Below, piece by piece: positions 27,908 to 38,078 of a stretch of 64,000 bases of DNA. Within the stretch, counting starts at the first letter, position 1, and each line of letters begins with the position of its first letter. This DNA is from an uncultured Lachnospiraceae bacterium (GTDB taxonomy: Bacteria; Bacillota; Clostridia; Lachnospirales; Lachnospiraceae). Below the pieces are notes generated by a model. The model searched no databases and was not told the origin of the DNA. It saw only the letters and a list, made by a program, of their open reading frames with translations. The stretch spans positions 531 through 64,530 of the forward strand of contig CAJUPF010000006.1 of the NCBI GenBank assembly GCA_910588565.1, in the 5' to 3' direction. The translations under genes and the position numbers were made by a program.

Positions 27908-28093
27908 ATTATATAATATCTATACAAGCATGGAAGCTGTGCCAAATTCAGGGAGGAAGCATCGTGGCAAACAATATTCGGCAATATAATTCAATGATAT
28001 TTTCCAATTACAAATGGATATAACAGAGAGTAGAAGTTGGTAGTTATCAGCTTTTTTTATCATGCAGGCAGAGTTGGCCTGAGGAGGTATTTT

Positions 28094-28420
28094 ATGGACA
28101 GATTTTCAGAAGAATTACAGCGGCATATAGAAACTGTGGAACGGATAGGCGATAAGATTGAAAATGGAGAAAACTATATGGAAGACATGAAAGGCTATCT
28201 TCCGGCCCTGAACCAGATGATGACAGGGATTTTTCAGATATTGCAGGAGCCGGCTTCCCCACTAGGGTTAAATCAGGGATATGTCGTGCAGGTATTAAAT
28301 GATATTCTGTACGGGATTGAACACAGAGATTCCGTATTTTTGCTGGATGTCCTGCGGTATGGCCTGTTAGAAATTTATCATTTTCTGGAAAAAGAATTGC
28401 AAAGCGAGGGAGTACAATGA
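28094..28420 (+). CDS. Small helical protein of unknown function preceding maf
   Basis: Start ATG 28094 after GAGGAGG. 108 aa. Its stop overlaps the maf start (ATGA). Confidence 0.5.
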   Translation: MDRFSEELQRHIETVERIGDKIENGENYMEDMKGYLPALNQMMTGIFQILQEPASPLGLNQGYVVQVLNDILYGIEHRDSVFLLDVLRYGLLEIYHFLEKELQSEGVQ

Positions 28421-30339
28421 ATCAACTCATTTATGAAAAAAATATGGATGCTTTACGGACAAAATATCCGGTATGGGCTAAGATTTTAGAAGACGTAAAA
28501 CGGAAAAAAAGAAATTTTGACGTAATGGCTGAGGAAAGCCTGACGGGTGAAGTTATTCTTAAAGTAAATCAAGAGGGACGGGTATTGTATCTGAATGGAA
28601 GATACGCGCCCGCCGCGGTGATAGATCGGTGGTTTGACCGCCAGGGGGATATTGAGGAGTACGCTCCTATCGTCATTATCGGCATTTCAAATGGTGAGCA
28701 TATACGCCGGATTATAGAACGCGCGCCTAAGACGTCGAATATTTTGATTTATGAACCATCCTTTGAGCTTTTCCGCAGAGCGATGCAGGAGGTAGATATA
28801 TCTTTTATCTTTCAGCCGGATATTCCCGTCGGGATTATTGTGGAAGGTATGAATGAGTATGAAATGGACGCTTTTTTTCACTTTTTCATTTCTTATGACA
28901 ATATGGCGTTCCTTCGTTATTATGTATCAGGAAATTATCAGGAATTGTTTCCTGAACAGGTAGAAGATTTTGTTGCGGGGATGAAGAAATATATATCAGA
29001 TATTCATGTGTCCTGGGATACGGTTTTGCGTTATGCAAATGTAAGAGCAGTGAACGTACTTGCAAATCTGCCTTATCTATATGAAGGATATAGTATGGGA
29101 GAATTATATGGTATGCTGCCGGAGGATATTCCGGTTATCATTGTTTCTGCAGGTCCGTCTTTGAATAAAAATATTATGGATTTGAAGAAAGCGGTAGGAA
29201 AAGCCTGTATCATTGCTACGGATACGGCTATGAAACCTCTTTTAAATGCGGGAATTAAGCCTAATTTATTTGTAATTGTAGATGGATTAAAGCCAGAGCT
29301 TCTTTTTTTGCATAAAGATATTTCAAAAGTTCCAATGGTTACGATGACGGCTGTATCTACAGAACCTATGGCATGTCATAAGGGAAAGAAGTTTTTTTAT
29401 TATGCGGATTCTGGTTTTGAAAATGAGATATTAAAAGAGCTGGGGGAAAAGGAAGGAGCAAATAGAATGCTGCCTTGTCTGATGACCGGAGGCTCTGTGG
29501 CGACGTCCGCTTTTTCTCTGGCGCTGAATATGGGCGCGAGGACAGTGATTTTGGTTGGACAGGATCTGGCGATGACAGGAAACAGAACGCATGCGGATGG
29601 TACGTTTCAGGATAAAATGGATGAAATCAATACGAACAGCAGAGAGTATTTTGAAATAGAGGCGGCAGACGGCGGTAAGGTTTTAACCAGAGCGGATTTT
29701 AAGCTTTACTTGGAATGGTTTGAAAAATATATTAAAGAATGGGATCATATTACCGTTGTGGACGCGACAGAAGGAGGCGCGTTAATTCACGGCAGTAAAA
29801 TTATGACGTTAAAGAATGCGATTAAAAAATACTGCAAACGAGAATTTAATGTGAAATGGCATATTGACCACTGCAAAAAGTTGTTTGTTGGGGAAAACCG
29901 TGAAATTGCAATCAATTGTTTTGCGAATTCTATTGAAAAATTAGAAGAGGTAAAAAAGAAAGCGAACGAGGGACTGCGTTATTATGAACGTTTGGAGAAG
30001 CTGGTAAAAAAACACAGGGATTCCGGTAAGGAATTGGGTAAGGTCTTAAAAAAGATTAAAAAGCTGAATCACTATATGGAATCAGATTATATGGCGCAGA
30101 CAGTTATGGACAGTCTGGTGGGGTTGAATTATACGCTTCGGCCATTGGTATACCAGATGCAGGAAGAGCGTGCGGATGAGCTTCTGGATGTGGCGGCGCA
30201 GGGCAGAGTTTTATTGTACGGGGTAACAGTAGCTGTGGATGAAATTAAACTGATAGCGGAGAAAACGGTTGTGGAATATGCGAAAACACATCCAATTGAA
30301 AGGAAAAAGAATGGTAGAGAGGGCAATGATCAGTTATGA
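28417..30339 (+). CDS. maf: Motility-associated factor (Maf/DUF115-type) putative flagellin glycosyltransferase
   Basis: Core PVIIVSAGPSLNKN...CIIATDTAMKPLLNAGIKPNLFVIVD...GGSVATSAFSLA...VGQDLA is typical of Maf/MptE-like proteins. Position directly after the flagellin genes. Confidence 0.8.
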   Translation: MNQLIYEKNMDALRTKYPVWAKILEDVKRKKRNFDVMAEESLTGEVILKVNQEGRVLYLNGRYAPAAVIDRWFDRQGDIEEYAPIVIIGISNGEHIRRIIERAPKTSNILIYEPSFELFRRAMQEVDISFIFQPDIPVGIIVEGMNEYEMDAFFHFFISYDNMAFLRYYVSGNYQELFPEQVEDFVAGMKKYISDIHVSWDTVLRYANVRAVNVLANLPYLYEGYSMGELYGMLPEDIPVIIVSAGPSLNKNIMDLKKAVGKACIIATDTAMKPLLNAGIKPNLFVIVDGLKPELLFLHKDISKVPMVTMTAVSTEPMACHKGKKFFYYADSGFENEILKELGEKEGANRMLPCLMTGGSVATSAFSLALNMGARTVILVGQDLAMTGNRTHADGTFQDKMDEINTNSREYFEIEAADGGKVLTRADFKLYLEWFEKYIKEWDHITVVDATEGGALIHGSKIMTLKNAIKKYCKREFNVKWHIDHCKKLFVGENREIAINCFANSIEKLEEVKKKANEGLRYYERLEKLVKKHRDSGKELGKVLKKIKKLNHYMESDYMAQTVMDSLVGLNYTLRPLVYQMQEERADELLDVAAQGRVLLYGVTVAVDEIKLIAEKTVVEYAKTHPIERKKNGREGNDQL

Positions 30340-32006
30340 TAGCGGAAGAAATATTAGCATACGGGATACAGCAATTTGAGGAAAAGAAATATGATGCTGC
30401 TTTAGACGCAATGGTGTTGGCTTTTACAAAAGGATATCAAAGGGAATGGATATTGGCAAATATTTATTCATGCTATATGGATGGCAATGAAGCTGAATTT
30501 AGGGAATGTTATAATACGTGTTGTATTTATAAGGATATTTCTTATACGGAATGCTGCTTGGATTTTATACCATATAAAGACAGCGAATACTATATTTTTG
30601 ATAAGATGGAACAGAAGTTTTTAGGAATTGTATCTGTACAGGAAATGTTTCAGGCAGAGGAGTTAAAAAGGGAGTTTGATGATGTTGCAATTGAGCTTGA
30701 TTGGGACTGGAGAAAATATAAGGAATCACTGAAATGGGCGTTCAAGCATAAGGTTTATGCAATATGTCATGACAGAAAGCGAGCGGCTTCATTTTGTAAA
30801 ATTCCAGAATTTGTAGATTGTTTTAGAAAGATAAAGGCTTTTGCAGACAGGAAGGCATATCAAAAATATTTCCATGAGGACACAGGTGTTGTTTTACCAA
30901 GGTTTTTCCTAGGTGAAGAGGGGAGTCGGCAAGAATTTGTGCGGATATGGGAAGAGGAACATGCATACCGTATAACAGCAGAAGGCAGAAACAAGGATCA
31001 TATTTTGCTGACAATAGGAATCCCTACGTTTGATCGCGGATTTCTGGCCTTACAAAAGGTGAGGAATTTACTGGAAATGACATATGACGCCGAAATTGAG
31101 ATAGTGGTTTCAAAAAATGGAACGAAATTATACCAGGAGGATTATCAGCAAATTGCGGAAATATCAGACGCCAGGCTTCATTATGTGGATCACAATAGAA
31201 CGCTGACAATGGAAGAAAATTTTAGGAACACAATTGCGTTGGCAAAGGGCAGGTATGTCTTGCTGGTGAGTGATGAAGATAATGTGCTGTTGGAGTCTTT
31301 AGACCATTATCTTGCTGTTTTGGCGCGAAATAAAAATTTATCTTATGTTAGGGCAAAAACAAAAATACAATATTCTCATATAAAGGATCATTTCTACAAA
31401 AGAGGAATCGAAGCCTTTTCGGGAGCGTTTCTTGCGGGCAATTATTTATCCGGGAGTATAGTTAAGAGAGAGTCGCTCTTGAAATTGCCATTAGATGAAA
31501 TTAGAGAGTATGCAAAAAATAATGCGTTTTATATACATTATTGCCATGATTGGTGGTTTTCGATGCTTGCTTTTGAAGGTGATTTTCGGCAGGATGCTAT
31601 ATGTTTAATTGCAGAAGGCGAAAGTATATTAGATATGATGCAAGAGGAATATAAGAAAATAGGCGCAGAAAATCCAATTAATTATGGAAATGGAATGCTG
31701 GGATATGCAACATACGAGAGTAGATTGGAACAGTTTAAAGGATATATAGCGTTTTTGCATTTTATCAAAGATGTTGGATTGGATGTCATAAGGGCAGGCG
31801 TACACATAGCAATTGGAAAAACCGGTTATTTATTGCGCATAATCTATGTTATATGTAATTATAAACCGGAGCGGATTGGGGATGTAATGATGCAATTTTT
31901 TGAACTTTGCACACAGGCGGTTGATGAGTTCCCATTTGACGATGTACAGAAGAATGAATTATTATCATGGGCTGTTTTCAACATAGAGGCAATTGTAGCT
32001 AAGTAG
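30336..32006 (+). CDS. Glycosyltransferase family 2 domain protein with a ~215-aa N-terminal extension
   Basis: GT-A core LLTIGIPTFDRG...EIEIVVSKNG...LLVSDEDN (DxD-like). Confidence 0.6.
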   Translation: MIAEEILAYGIQQFEEKKYDAALDAMVLAFTKGYQREWILANIYSCYMDGNEAEFRECYNTCCIYKDISYTECCLDFIPYKDSEYYIFDKMEQKFLGIVSVQEMFQAEELKREFDDVAIELDWDWRKYKESLKWAFKHKVYAICHDRKRAASFCKIPEFVDCFRKIKAFADRKAYQKYFHEDTGVVLPRFFLGEEGSRQEFVRIWEEEHAYRITAEGRNKDHILLTIGIPTFDRGFLALQKVRNLLEMTYDAEIEIVVSKNGTKLYQEDYQQIAEISDARLHYVDHNRTLTMEENFRNTIALAKGRYVLLVSDEDNVLLESLDHYLAVLARNKNLSYVRAKTKIQYSHIKDHFYKRGIEAFSGAFLAGNYLSGSIVKRESLLKLPLDEIREYAKNNAFYIHYCHDWWFSMLAFEGDFRQDAICLIAEGESILDMMQEEYKKIGAENPINYGNGMLGYATYESRLEQFKGYIAFLHFIKDVGLDVIRAGVHIAIGKTGYLLRIIYVICNYKPERIGDVMMQFFELCTQAVDEFPFDDVQKNELLSWAVFNIEAIVAK

Positions 32007-32015
32007 GAGGATATT

Positions 32016-33806
32016 ATGATAAAGCTGTCAGATTATATTTTTACATATTTTGAATCTATTGGGATGACCACAGTATTTACACTGACAGGCGGCGGCATTA
32101 TGCATCTGGTAGATTCTCTTGGGCGCAGCAAGATGGAATATGTCTGCTGCCATCATGAACAGGCGGCTGCAATTGCGGCACAGGCTTACGCTATGTATCA
32201 AGAACAAATAAGCGTATGTTTAGTGACTACAGGACCAGGTGGAACAAACGCATTGACAGGAGCTGCAGCCGCGTATGTAGATTCTACGCCTGTACTTTAT
32301 ATGAGCGGACAGGTGAAAAGGGATGATTTTGCGAGACTGAGGGGAGTTAGGCAGTTTGGAGCGCAGGAAAATGATATTGTTGCAATGGCAAGGCCTGTTA
32401 CAAAATATGCTGTATTAGTAATGGAACCAGAAGATATTGCTTATGAATTGGAAAAATGTATTTATCTGGCGACTCATGGGCGGAAAGGGCCTGTCTGGAT
32501 TGATATTCCATTAGATGTGCAGTCTTCGATGATTGACGAAAGCAGGCTGCGGCACTATAAGCCTGATTTTGAGGAAGCGGAGGCAGATTTAAAGCAGTCG
32601 GCGGGGCAGACATTGGATATGCTCGAACATGCGAAAAGGCCGACGCTTTTGGTGGGGCAGGGAATGGTATCTGCGAAAGCACAGGCGCTTACGCGTCAGT
32701 TTGTTGAAATAACAGGAATACCGGTACTTGCCACATGGAGGGCGCTGGATTTTATGGGAAGCGGGGAAGCGGGATTTTTTGGAAGCCCAGGGCTTCAGGC
32801 ACCCAGATATTCAAATCTGATTTTGCAGCATGCGGATGCGTTGCTTGTATTAGGAAGCAGAATGGACAATATGATTACGGCCTTTAATGAAGAACATTTT
32901 GCTTATCGTGCAAAAAAGGTAATTATTGATATTGATGAAAATGAAATAAAAAAACTAGCAATGACAGATGTTTTACCAGTCGTTGCAGACGTCAGGGAGT
33001 TTATGGAAGTTCTGTTAAATGAATGTATGATTCGGGATTTTAAACCGGATTATAGCAGATGGATTTGTAAATGCCAGGAGTTAAAAAACCGATTTCCCGT
33101 TTTAGAGGAAAAGCAGGACAAGGAAGAGAATGTCAGCCTTTATCAGGTTACAGAGGAAATATCGAAATATGCCAAGGTAGAAGATACAATTGTAATTTCA
33201 TCAACCAGCCGCTGCAATACGGCAGGACATATTGCGTTTTCCCATAAAAGAGGACAGAAAACAATATCCTCTATGGGAATGGGATCTATGGGGTTTGCAT
33301 TACCTTCGGCAGTGGGGGCATATTATGCGAATGGGAAGAACCGGGTGATTGTAATAGAAGGCGACGGAAGCTTTCAATTAAACATCCAAGAGTTGGAGAC
33401 AATTGTATCGAATCATATTGAAGCCAAAATATTTGTCTTCAATAACGCCGGATATGCTGCGATTACTACAATGCAGGATCGGAATTTCGACGGTTTTTAT
33501 GTCGGCAGTAATGAGAAAAGCGGATTATTTATGCCAGACTTGGAAAAGATTGCATTTGCCTACGGTATAAAATTCTGTACAATAGAAAATGATGAAGAGA
33601 TAGAGAAAACAGTAAAAGATGTGATGGAACAGAAAGGCGCTGTGATTTGCAGTATAGAAGGCTCGCTTTGGTTTGATGAGATACCGAAATGCGTTTCTGC
33701 TGTAGATCAAAAGACAGGGAAGAGGGTATCAGCGTATTTAGAAAATCCATATCCATATTTAGAGGAAGAAGAGTTAAAAGAAATTGAGACAGAATTATTA
33801 TGGTGA
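32016..33806 (+). CDS. Thiamine-diphosphate-dependent enzyme (acetolactate synthase large-subunit-like; candidate YerE-type sugar branching enzyme)
   Basis: TGPGGTNALTGAAAAYVDSTPVLYMSGQV and the ThDP motif GDGSFQLNIQEL...NNAGY. Confidence 0.8.
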   Translation: MIKLSDYIFTYFESIGMTTVFTLTGGGIMHLVDSLGRSKMEYVCCHHEQAAAIAAQAYAMYQEQISVCLVTTGPGGTNALTGAAAAYVDSTPVLYMSGQVKRDDFARLRGVRQFGAQENDIVAMARPVTKYAVLVMEPEDIAYELEKCIYLATHGRKGPVWIDIPLDVQSSMIDESRLRHYKPDFEEAEADLKQSAGQTLDMLEHAKRPTLLVGQGMVSAKAQALTRQFVEITGIPVLATWRALDFMGSGEAGFFGSPGLQAPRYSNLILQHADALLVLGSRMDNMITAFNEEHFAYRAKKVIIDIDENEIKKLAMTDVLPVVADVREFMEVLLNECMIRDFKPDYSRWICKCQELKNRFPVLEEKQDKEENVSLYQVTEEISKYAKVEDTIVISSTSRCNTAGHIAFSHKRGQKTISSMGMGSMGFALPSAVGAYYANGKNRVIVIEGDGSFQLNIQELETIVSNHIEAKIFVFNNAGYAAITTMQDRNFDGFYVGSNEKSGLFMPDLEKIAFAYGIKFCTIENDEEIEKTVKDVMEQKGAVICSIEGSLWFDEIPKCVSAVDQKTGKRVSAYLENPYPYLEEEELKEIETELLW

Positions 33807-33826
33807 CGGGAAAGGGAGAGTAATGC

Positions 33827-34903
33827 ATGAGCGATAAAAAAGAGCTGCCGTTAGTCAGTATATTGATGCCGAACTATAATTATTCCCGGTACTTAGATCA
33901 GTGTATCCAAAGCGCAATTCATCAGACTTATCCTCATAAAGAAATTATTTTCTGTGATAATAGTTCCACAGACGACTCAGTAAAAGTGGCGGCAAAGTAT
34001 AGAAAAGACGGGGTAATGATCTGCAGGAACCAATGCAACATTATGAATTATAATTACAGATTATTAACAGAAGAATACTGCAGGGGAAAGTATTTTATTT
34101 TGTTGTGCACGGACGATTATTTACTTCCAGATTTTATAGAAACGGCGGTTGCCATAATGGAAAAATATCCGGATGTGGGGTATGTACATGGAGAACGGGA
34201 TTTTGTGACTTCGGAAAATAAGTTGGTGGAACAGGATCCCTTTTATAAATGTAGTTTTGTAGCGCCAGGAAAGAAGACAATGCCTGTCTATATGGTAGAG
34301 ACAGTTGCCCATCCGTCACAGGGGGTAATACGCAGGGAGGCTTTTCAAAGCATTGGGGGTTATGATATGGAAATTGACTGCCTGAATGCAGACCGTTCTT
34401 TGTGGTTTTATTTATCTTATCAGTATGACTCTTCATTTATATGTAGGAAAATGAGTAGAATTCGTGTAGGAATTCAATCCGAGACAGCAATTCTTTTGCA
34501 GAATTTCCAAATGCCTGTTTTGTATCATCTTATTATAAAAGATTTTGTTAATTTTGCCCAAAATTACAATCTTCCAGAAGTATATGAGAGGGAAGGAGAG
34601 GCGTTGCAGCGGCTGGCAAAAGAATTTGTAGGATATGCAGGAAATATGTTATATATGAATCATGTGAAACAGGCAGAGGCTTATCTGAAATACGCCAAAA
34701 TTGTATTTAGAGACGTAGTAAATGAAGGATTATATCAGGCGTTTAACAGTATGATTCAGAAAAATTTGGTGGATAAGCGTTTTATAGAACAACAGAATCA
34801 GGAATATAACGAGCATAAGAGGAGCTATGAGCCGCCACAGGGCTATATGGAGATTAACCCGGAGGAATTAGTACGATGGCTGAGGCAAAAATACAGATTT
34901 TAA
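33827..34903 (+). CDS. Glycosyltransferase family 2
   Basis: VSILMPNYNYSRYLDQCIQSAIHQTY...IIFCDNSSTDDS...CTDDY. Confidence 0.8.
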   Translation: MSDKKELPLVSILMPNYNYSRYLDQCIQSAIHQTYPHKEIIFCDNSSTDDSVKVAAKYRKDGVMICRNQCNIMNYNYRLLTEEYCRGKYFILLCTDDYLLPDFIETAVAIMEKYPDVGYVHGERDFVTSENKLVEQDPFYKCSFVAPGKKTMPVYMVETVAHPSQGVIRREAFQSIGGYDMEIDCLNADRSLWFYLSYQYDSSFICRKMSRIRVGIQSETAILLQNFQMPVLYHLIIKDFVNFAQNYNLPEVYEREGEALQRLAKEFVGYAGNMLYMNHVKQAEAYLKYAKIVFRDVVNEGLYQAFNSMIQKNLVDKRFIEQQNQEYNEHKRSYEPPQGYMEINPEELVRWLRQKYRF

Positions 34904-35868
34904 TACCCACATGTAACAGTGTGAATGATTTGGATATAACCGTGGAAAGTATACAAGAACAGAATTACGATCCTGAGAATATTTACATTACCATTGTGGA
35001 TTTTGGATCAAATGATGGAACATATGAAAAAGCCTTAGGTTATAATGGGAAACATCTGGGGATATATTCAAGGCCGTTTCAGAAAAATTGGAGGCAGCGG
35101 CTGACGGATGCTGCAAGAATTATCGAATTTACACGTCCAGGCGGTATGTATTGTTTATCAGCAGTGATGTATCCAGGAGATATTATGTATTCGGACTGCC
35201 TTCAAACGATTTCGGACAAATATATAGAAAGTTTTCAGTTACATCCATCAATGGTAGTATGTGAAAGTGATATTTTTCTGGATAATGGCGAGATAGAGAA
35301 GCAAGGCTCGTTATTTGCAGAGGATTGCGTCATAGATGGGAGCAGGGAGATAAACAAATATGTTGAAAGAGGTTACCGGCATCAGATTTTCCAAATGACT
35401 CCAGAATTTGCCAGAGGGAGGCGTAAGGAGAATTATGAAATGAATGAAGGAAGAAGCTGGAATAAGCTCTTTTGGAGAAATGAGGAAAGGATGACCCTAT
35501 ATATACAGAAACCATTGGTGTGTACAAGAAGAATGATATATGAGGATGAGCTTCAGGAAATCTTGTATCGTTGGGACGCTCATATACATATTGTCCGTTG
35601 GTATACAAATAAATATGGACAGGTATTTGACAATAGGTTTTTAGATGTTGCAAATGCGAATTTAGCAGAGTACGCTCTCTGGAGAAGTTTTTCCCTGCAT
35701 CAAAAAAAGGCGCAGTGGAAGGAAATAGAGGATTGCTTTTTGATTTCAGAAGTTATCTCTTCCACCATAAAGGAAAAAGAAATTTATTCTAAAATGCAAA
35801 AATTGATATTGGAAAAGGATTTGGCGGAGAAAAGCTCCATTAAACAATACTTTAGTAAACAGTATTAA
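34876..35868 (+). CDS. Glycosyltransferase family 2-like
   Basis: IQILIPTCNSVNDLDITVESIQEQNY...ITIVDFGSNDGT. Overlaps the previous gene by 28 nt. Confidence 0.6.
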   Translation: MAEAKIQILIPTCNSVNDLDITVESIQEQNYDPENIYITIVDFGSNDGTYEKALGYNGKHLGIYSRPFQKNWRQRLTDAARIIEFTRPGGMYCLSAVMYPGDIMYSDCLQTISDKYIESFQLHPSMVVCESDIFLDNGEIEKQGSLFAEDCVIDGSREINKYVERGYRHQIFQMTPEFARGRRKENYEMNEGRSWNKLFWRNEERMTLYIQKPLVCTRRMIYEDELQEILYRWDAHIHIVRWYTNKYGQVFDNRFLDVANANLAEYALWRSFSLHQKKAQWKEIEDCFLISEVISSTIKEKEIYSKMQKLILEKDLAEKSSIKQYFSKQY

Positions 35869-35925
35869 TTTTTGTGATATGTAGAGGGTTAACAATATAG
35901 CTGATTGTGGAAGGGAGATTAAAAA

Positions 35926-36954
35926 ATGGATAATAATTTTGGCGGAAGGATCGACAGCGCTGTTACGGAGGAGCGTATTGATTTGGGAAAACTTGCGCCT
36001 TTGGGGCGGCCGTTGGTATTGTACATAGAACCGTCGGGGTATTGCAATTTCAGATGTAAGTTTTGTCCTCAAGGATTGTATCAAGGGCGTTTGAAAAAAG
36101 AAAATTTAACTTTGGAAACAGCAAAAAGAGTTGTTGATGAAATTGAGAATTGGGGATGGGGTAAATGGAAAAAGATAAGAATTACAGGGGTGGGAGAACC
36201 ATTGATAAACCCAAAGCTTATAAATATTTTAAAATATATCAGAAAACGTGATATTGCCGATTGTTTGGAGTTGATTACAAATGGATATTTATTGGATGAA
36301 AACTACTGTAAGGAACTCCCGAAATATTTAGACATTATCAGAATTAGTATCAATGGATTGAGTGATGAAGAATACTGTGAAGTAACAGGCAGCAAGGTTA
36401 ATTTTGAAGAGTTGGTTTTGAAAATAAGCGAGTTATATAACAAGCGGGGAAATTGTAAGGTATATATAAAAATTCATAGTAATGCGGTTCAGACACGGGA
36501 GAGGGCAGAGAGGTTTTTTGGGATATTTGATTTGATAAGTGATGAAATTGCGATAGAAAATCTTTCTGATATATGGCCGGGATTTAAGAGTGAATTATGC
36601 AGCAAAAATAAAAAGTTTAGGTATTCTTTGGATGGAGCAGGATTCGGAACATCTTTATATAAAAGCGTTTGTCCTCAAATATTTAAATCTCTTCAAATTT
36701 ACGCAAACGGCGACGTTGGGCCATGCTGCGTAGATTGGGAAAGAAAGCTGTGTTTGGGTAATTTGAAAGAGAAAAGATTGTCTGATATCTGGAACGGAAA
36801 AGAACTTTTTGATTTAAGGATGCAACATCTTGAACTGGAAAAAGACAGAATTTCTGTTTGCCGGGAATGCATGGCAAATAATTATATGGAAATTGACAAT
36901 CTGGATTATGCAATACAGGAAATAAAAAACCGAATGTTACAAGGGAGTAAGTAA
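35926..36954 (+). CDS. Radical SAM / SPASM-type domain protein
   Basis: CNFRCKFCPQG (CxxxCxxC), GVGEPLINP. Cys-rich C-terminus CPQIF...GDVGPCCVDW...CRECM. Confidence 0.8.
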   Translation: MDNNFGGRIDSAVTEERIDLGKLAPLGRPLVLYIEPSGYCNFRCKFCPQGLYQGRLKKENLTLETAKRVVDEIENWGWGKWKKIRITGVGEPLINPKLINILKYIRKRDIADCLELITNGYLLDENYCKELPKYLDIIRISINGLSDEEYCEVTGSKVNFEELVLKISELYNKRGNCKVYIKIHSNAVQTRERAERFFGIFDLISDEIAIENLSDIWPGFKSELCSKNKKFRYSLDGAGFGTSLYKSVCPQIFKSLQIYANGDVGPCCVDWERKLCLGNLKEKRLSDIWNGKELFDLRMQHLELEKDRISVCRECMANNYMEIDNLDYAIQEIKNRMLQGSK

Positions 36955-36955
36955 A

Positions 36956-38053
36956 ATGAGCTTTACAGAGTTATTGTTGGAGACAGCATACAAAAAAAAG
37001 CAATTGGTTATGAACAAGCTGAAGTATGCAGATAATATTGTAATTTGGGGAACCGGTATTGCAGCGGGAATCGTGTACGACAAATTTAAAGAGCTGAAAA
37101 AGGATATAAAATTTTTTGTTGAAAGCAGCCAAAGTGTTCCGAAGCAGAAGTTTAAGGATAAAGCAGTAAAAGATATAACGGATATTGTTCCATCTGACTT
37201 TGTGATAATTGCAGCTAATTTTAACTATGCCATACATAAAAAGCTAGAAGCGGCAGGTATAGAAAATTATATGTATTTAGACCCGCATTGGTTCAAGAAT
37301 GCCGGTATGGACAGTTTCGACAGATTTGAATGTCTTTTGCGGGAAAATGAGGGGAAGATAAATCAAGCTTATGAATTATTAGAAGATCCTAAATCCAGAA
37401 AGTCCTTTCAAAATGTGCTTCTTCACAGAGCGGTACACGATATAACATTGTTGGAAGAAATATACGAGGAACCTGCATATTTTGGGAACGATGTGATTGG
37501 GGCTGTGGACGGTGTTTTTGTAGATTGCGGGGCGTTTCAGGGTGATACGCTGCAGCAGTTTTTGAGCCAGGGAAGGACGGAATATAAATACTATGCAATA
37601 GAACCAGAAGAATATAATTATGGGAAGTTAGTAGACTACTGCAGAAAATGCAATGTAGAGAATGTGGTTTGCTTAAATTTGGGCGTGTGGGACAAAAAAG
37701 AAAAACTATATTTTTGCGGAGAGCAGGGAGCGGATACGGGAAAAATTTTACCAGAAGGAAGCGCGTCCCAAATAGTGATTAATGCGGATACAATAGATCA
37801 TATTGTAGGCGGGGAAAATGTTAATTTTATTAAGATGGACATAGAAGGCGCGGAAATCAACGCCTTGCTTGGCGGAATGAGAGTGATACAACAAAACAGG
37901 CCGGCGTTAGCGGTTTCTGCATATCATGAATTGGAGCATCTATGGGAGATCCCGCTTTTGCTGAAATCTTTTTATAGAGGATACCGGATTTATTTCAGGC
38001 ATCATAGCTGGAATATGAGCGATACGTTATGTTATGCAATAGCTGATAAATAA
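36956..38053 (+). CDS. FkbM-family methyltransferase
   Basis: VFVDCGAFQGDT...IKMDIEGAEINAL. Confidence 0.75.
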   Translation: MSFTELLLETAYKKKQLVMNKLKYADNIVIWGTGIAAGIVYDKFKELKKDIKFFVESSQSVPKQKFKDKAVKDITDIVPSDFVIIAANFNYAIHKKLEAAGIENYMYLDPHWFKNAGMDSFDRFECLLRENEGKINQAYELLEDPKSRKSFQNVLLHRAVHDITLLEEIYEEPAYFGNDVIGAVDGVFVDCGAFQGDTLQQFLSQGRTEYKYYAIEPEEYNYGKLVDYCRKCNVENVVCLNLGVWDKKEKLYFCGEQGADTGKILPEGSASQIVINADTIDHIVGGENVNFIKMDIEGAEINALLGGMRVIQQNRPALAVSAYHELEHLWEIPLLLKSFYRGYRIYFRHHSWNMSDTLCYAIADK

Positions 38054-38078
38054 AGAGGAAGTTTAAGGAGGGTACAGT

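Noticed and set aside
28024-28093. T7 run at about 28054-28060 as an attenuator/terminator between the relic ORF and the first island gene
   Set aside because: I could not find a convincing GC-rich stem immediately upstream of the T run.
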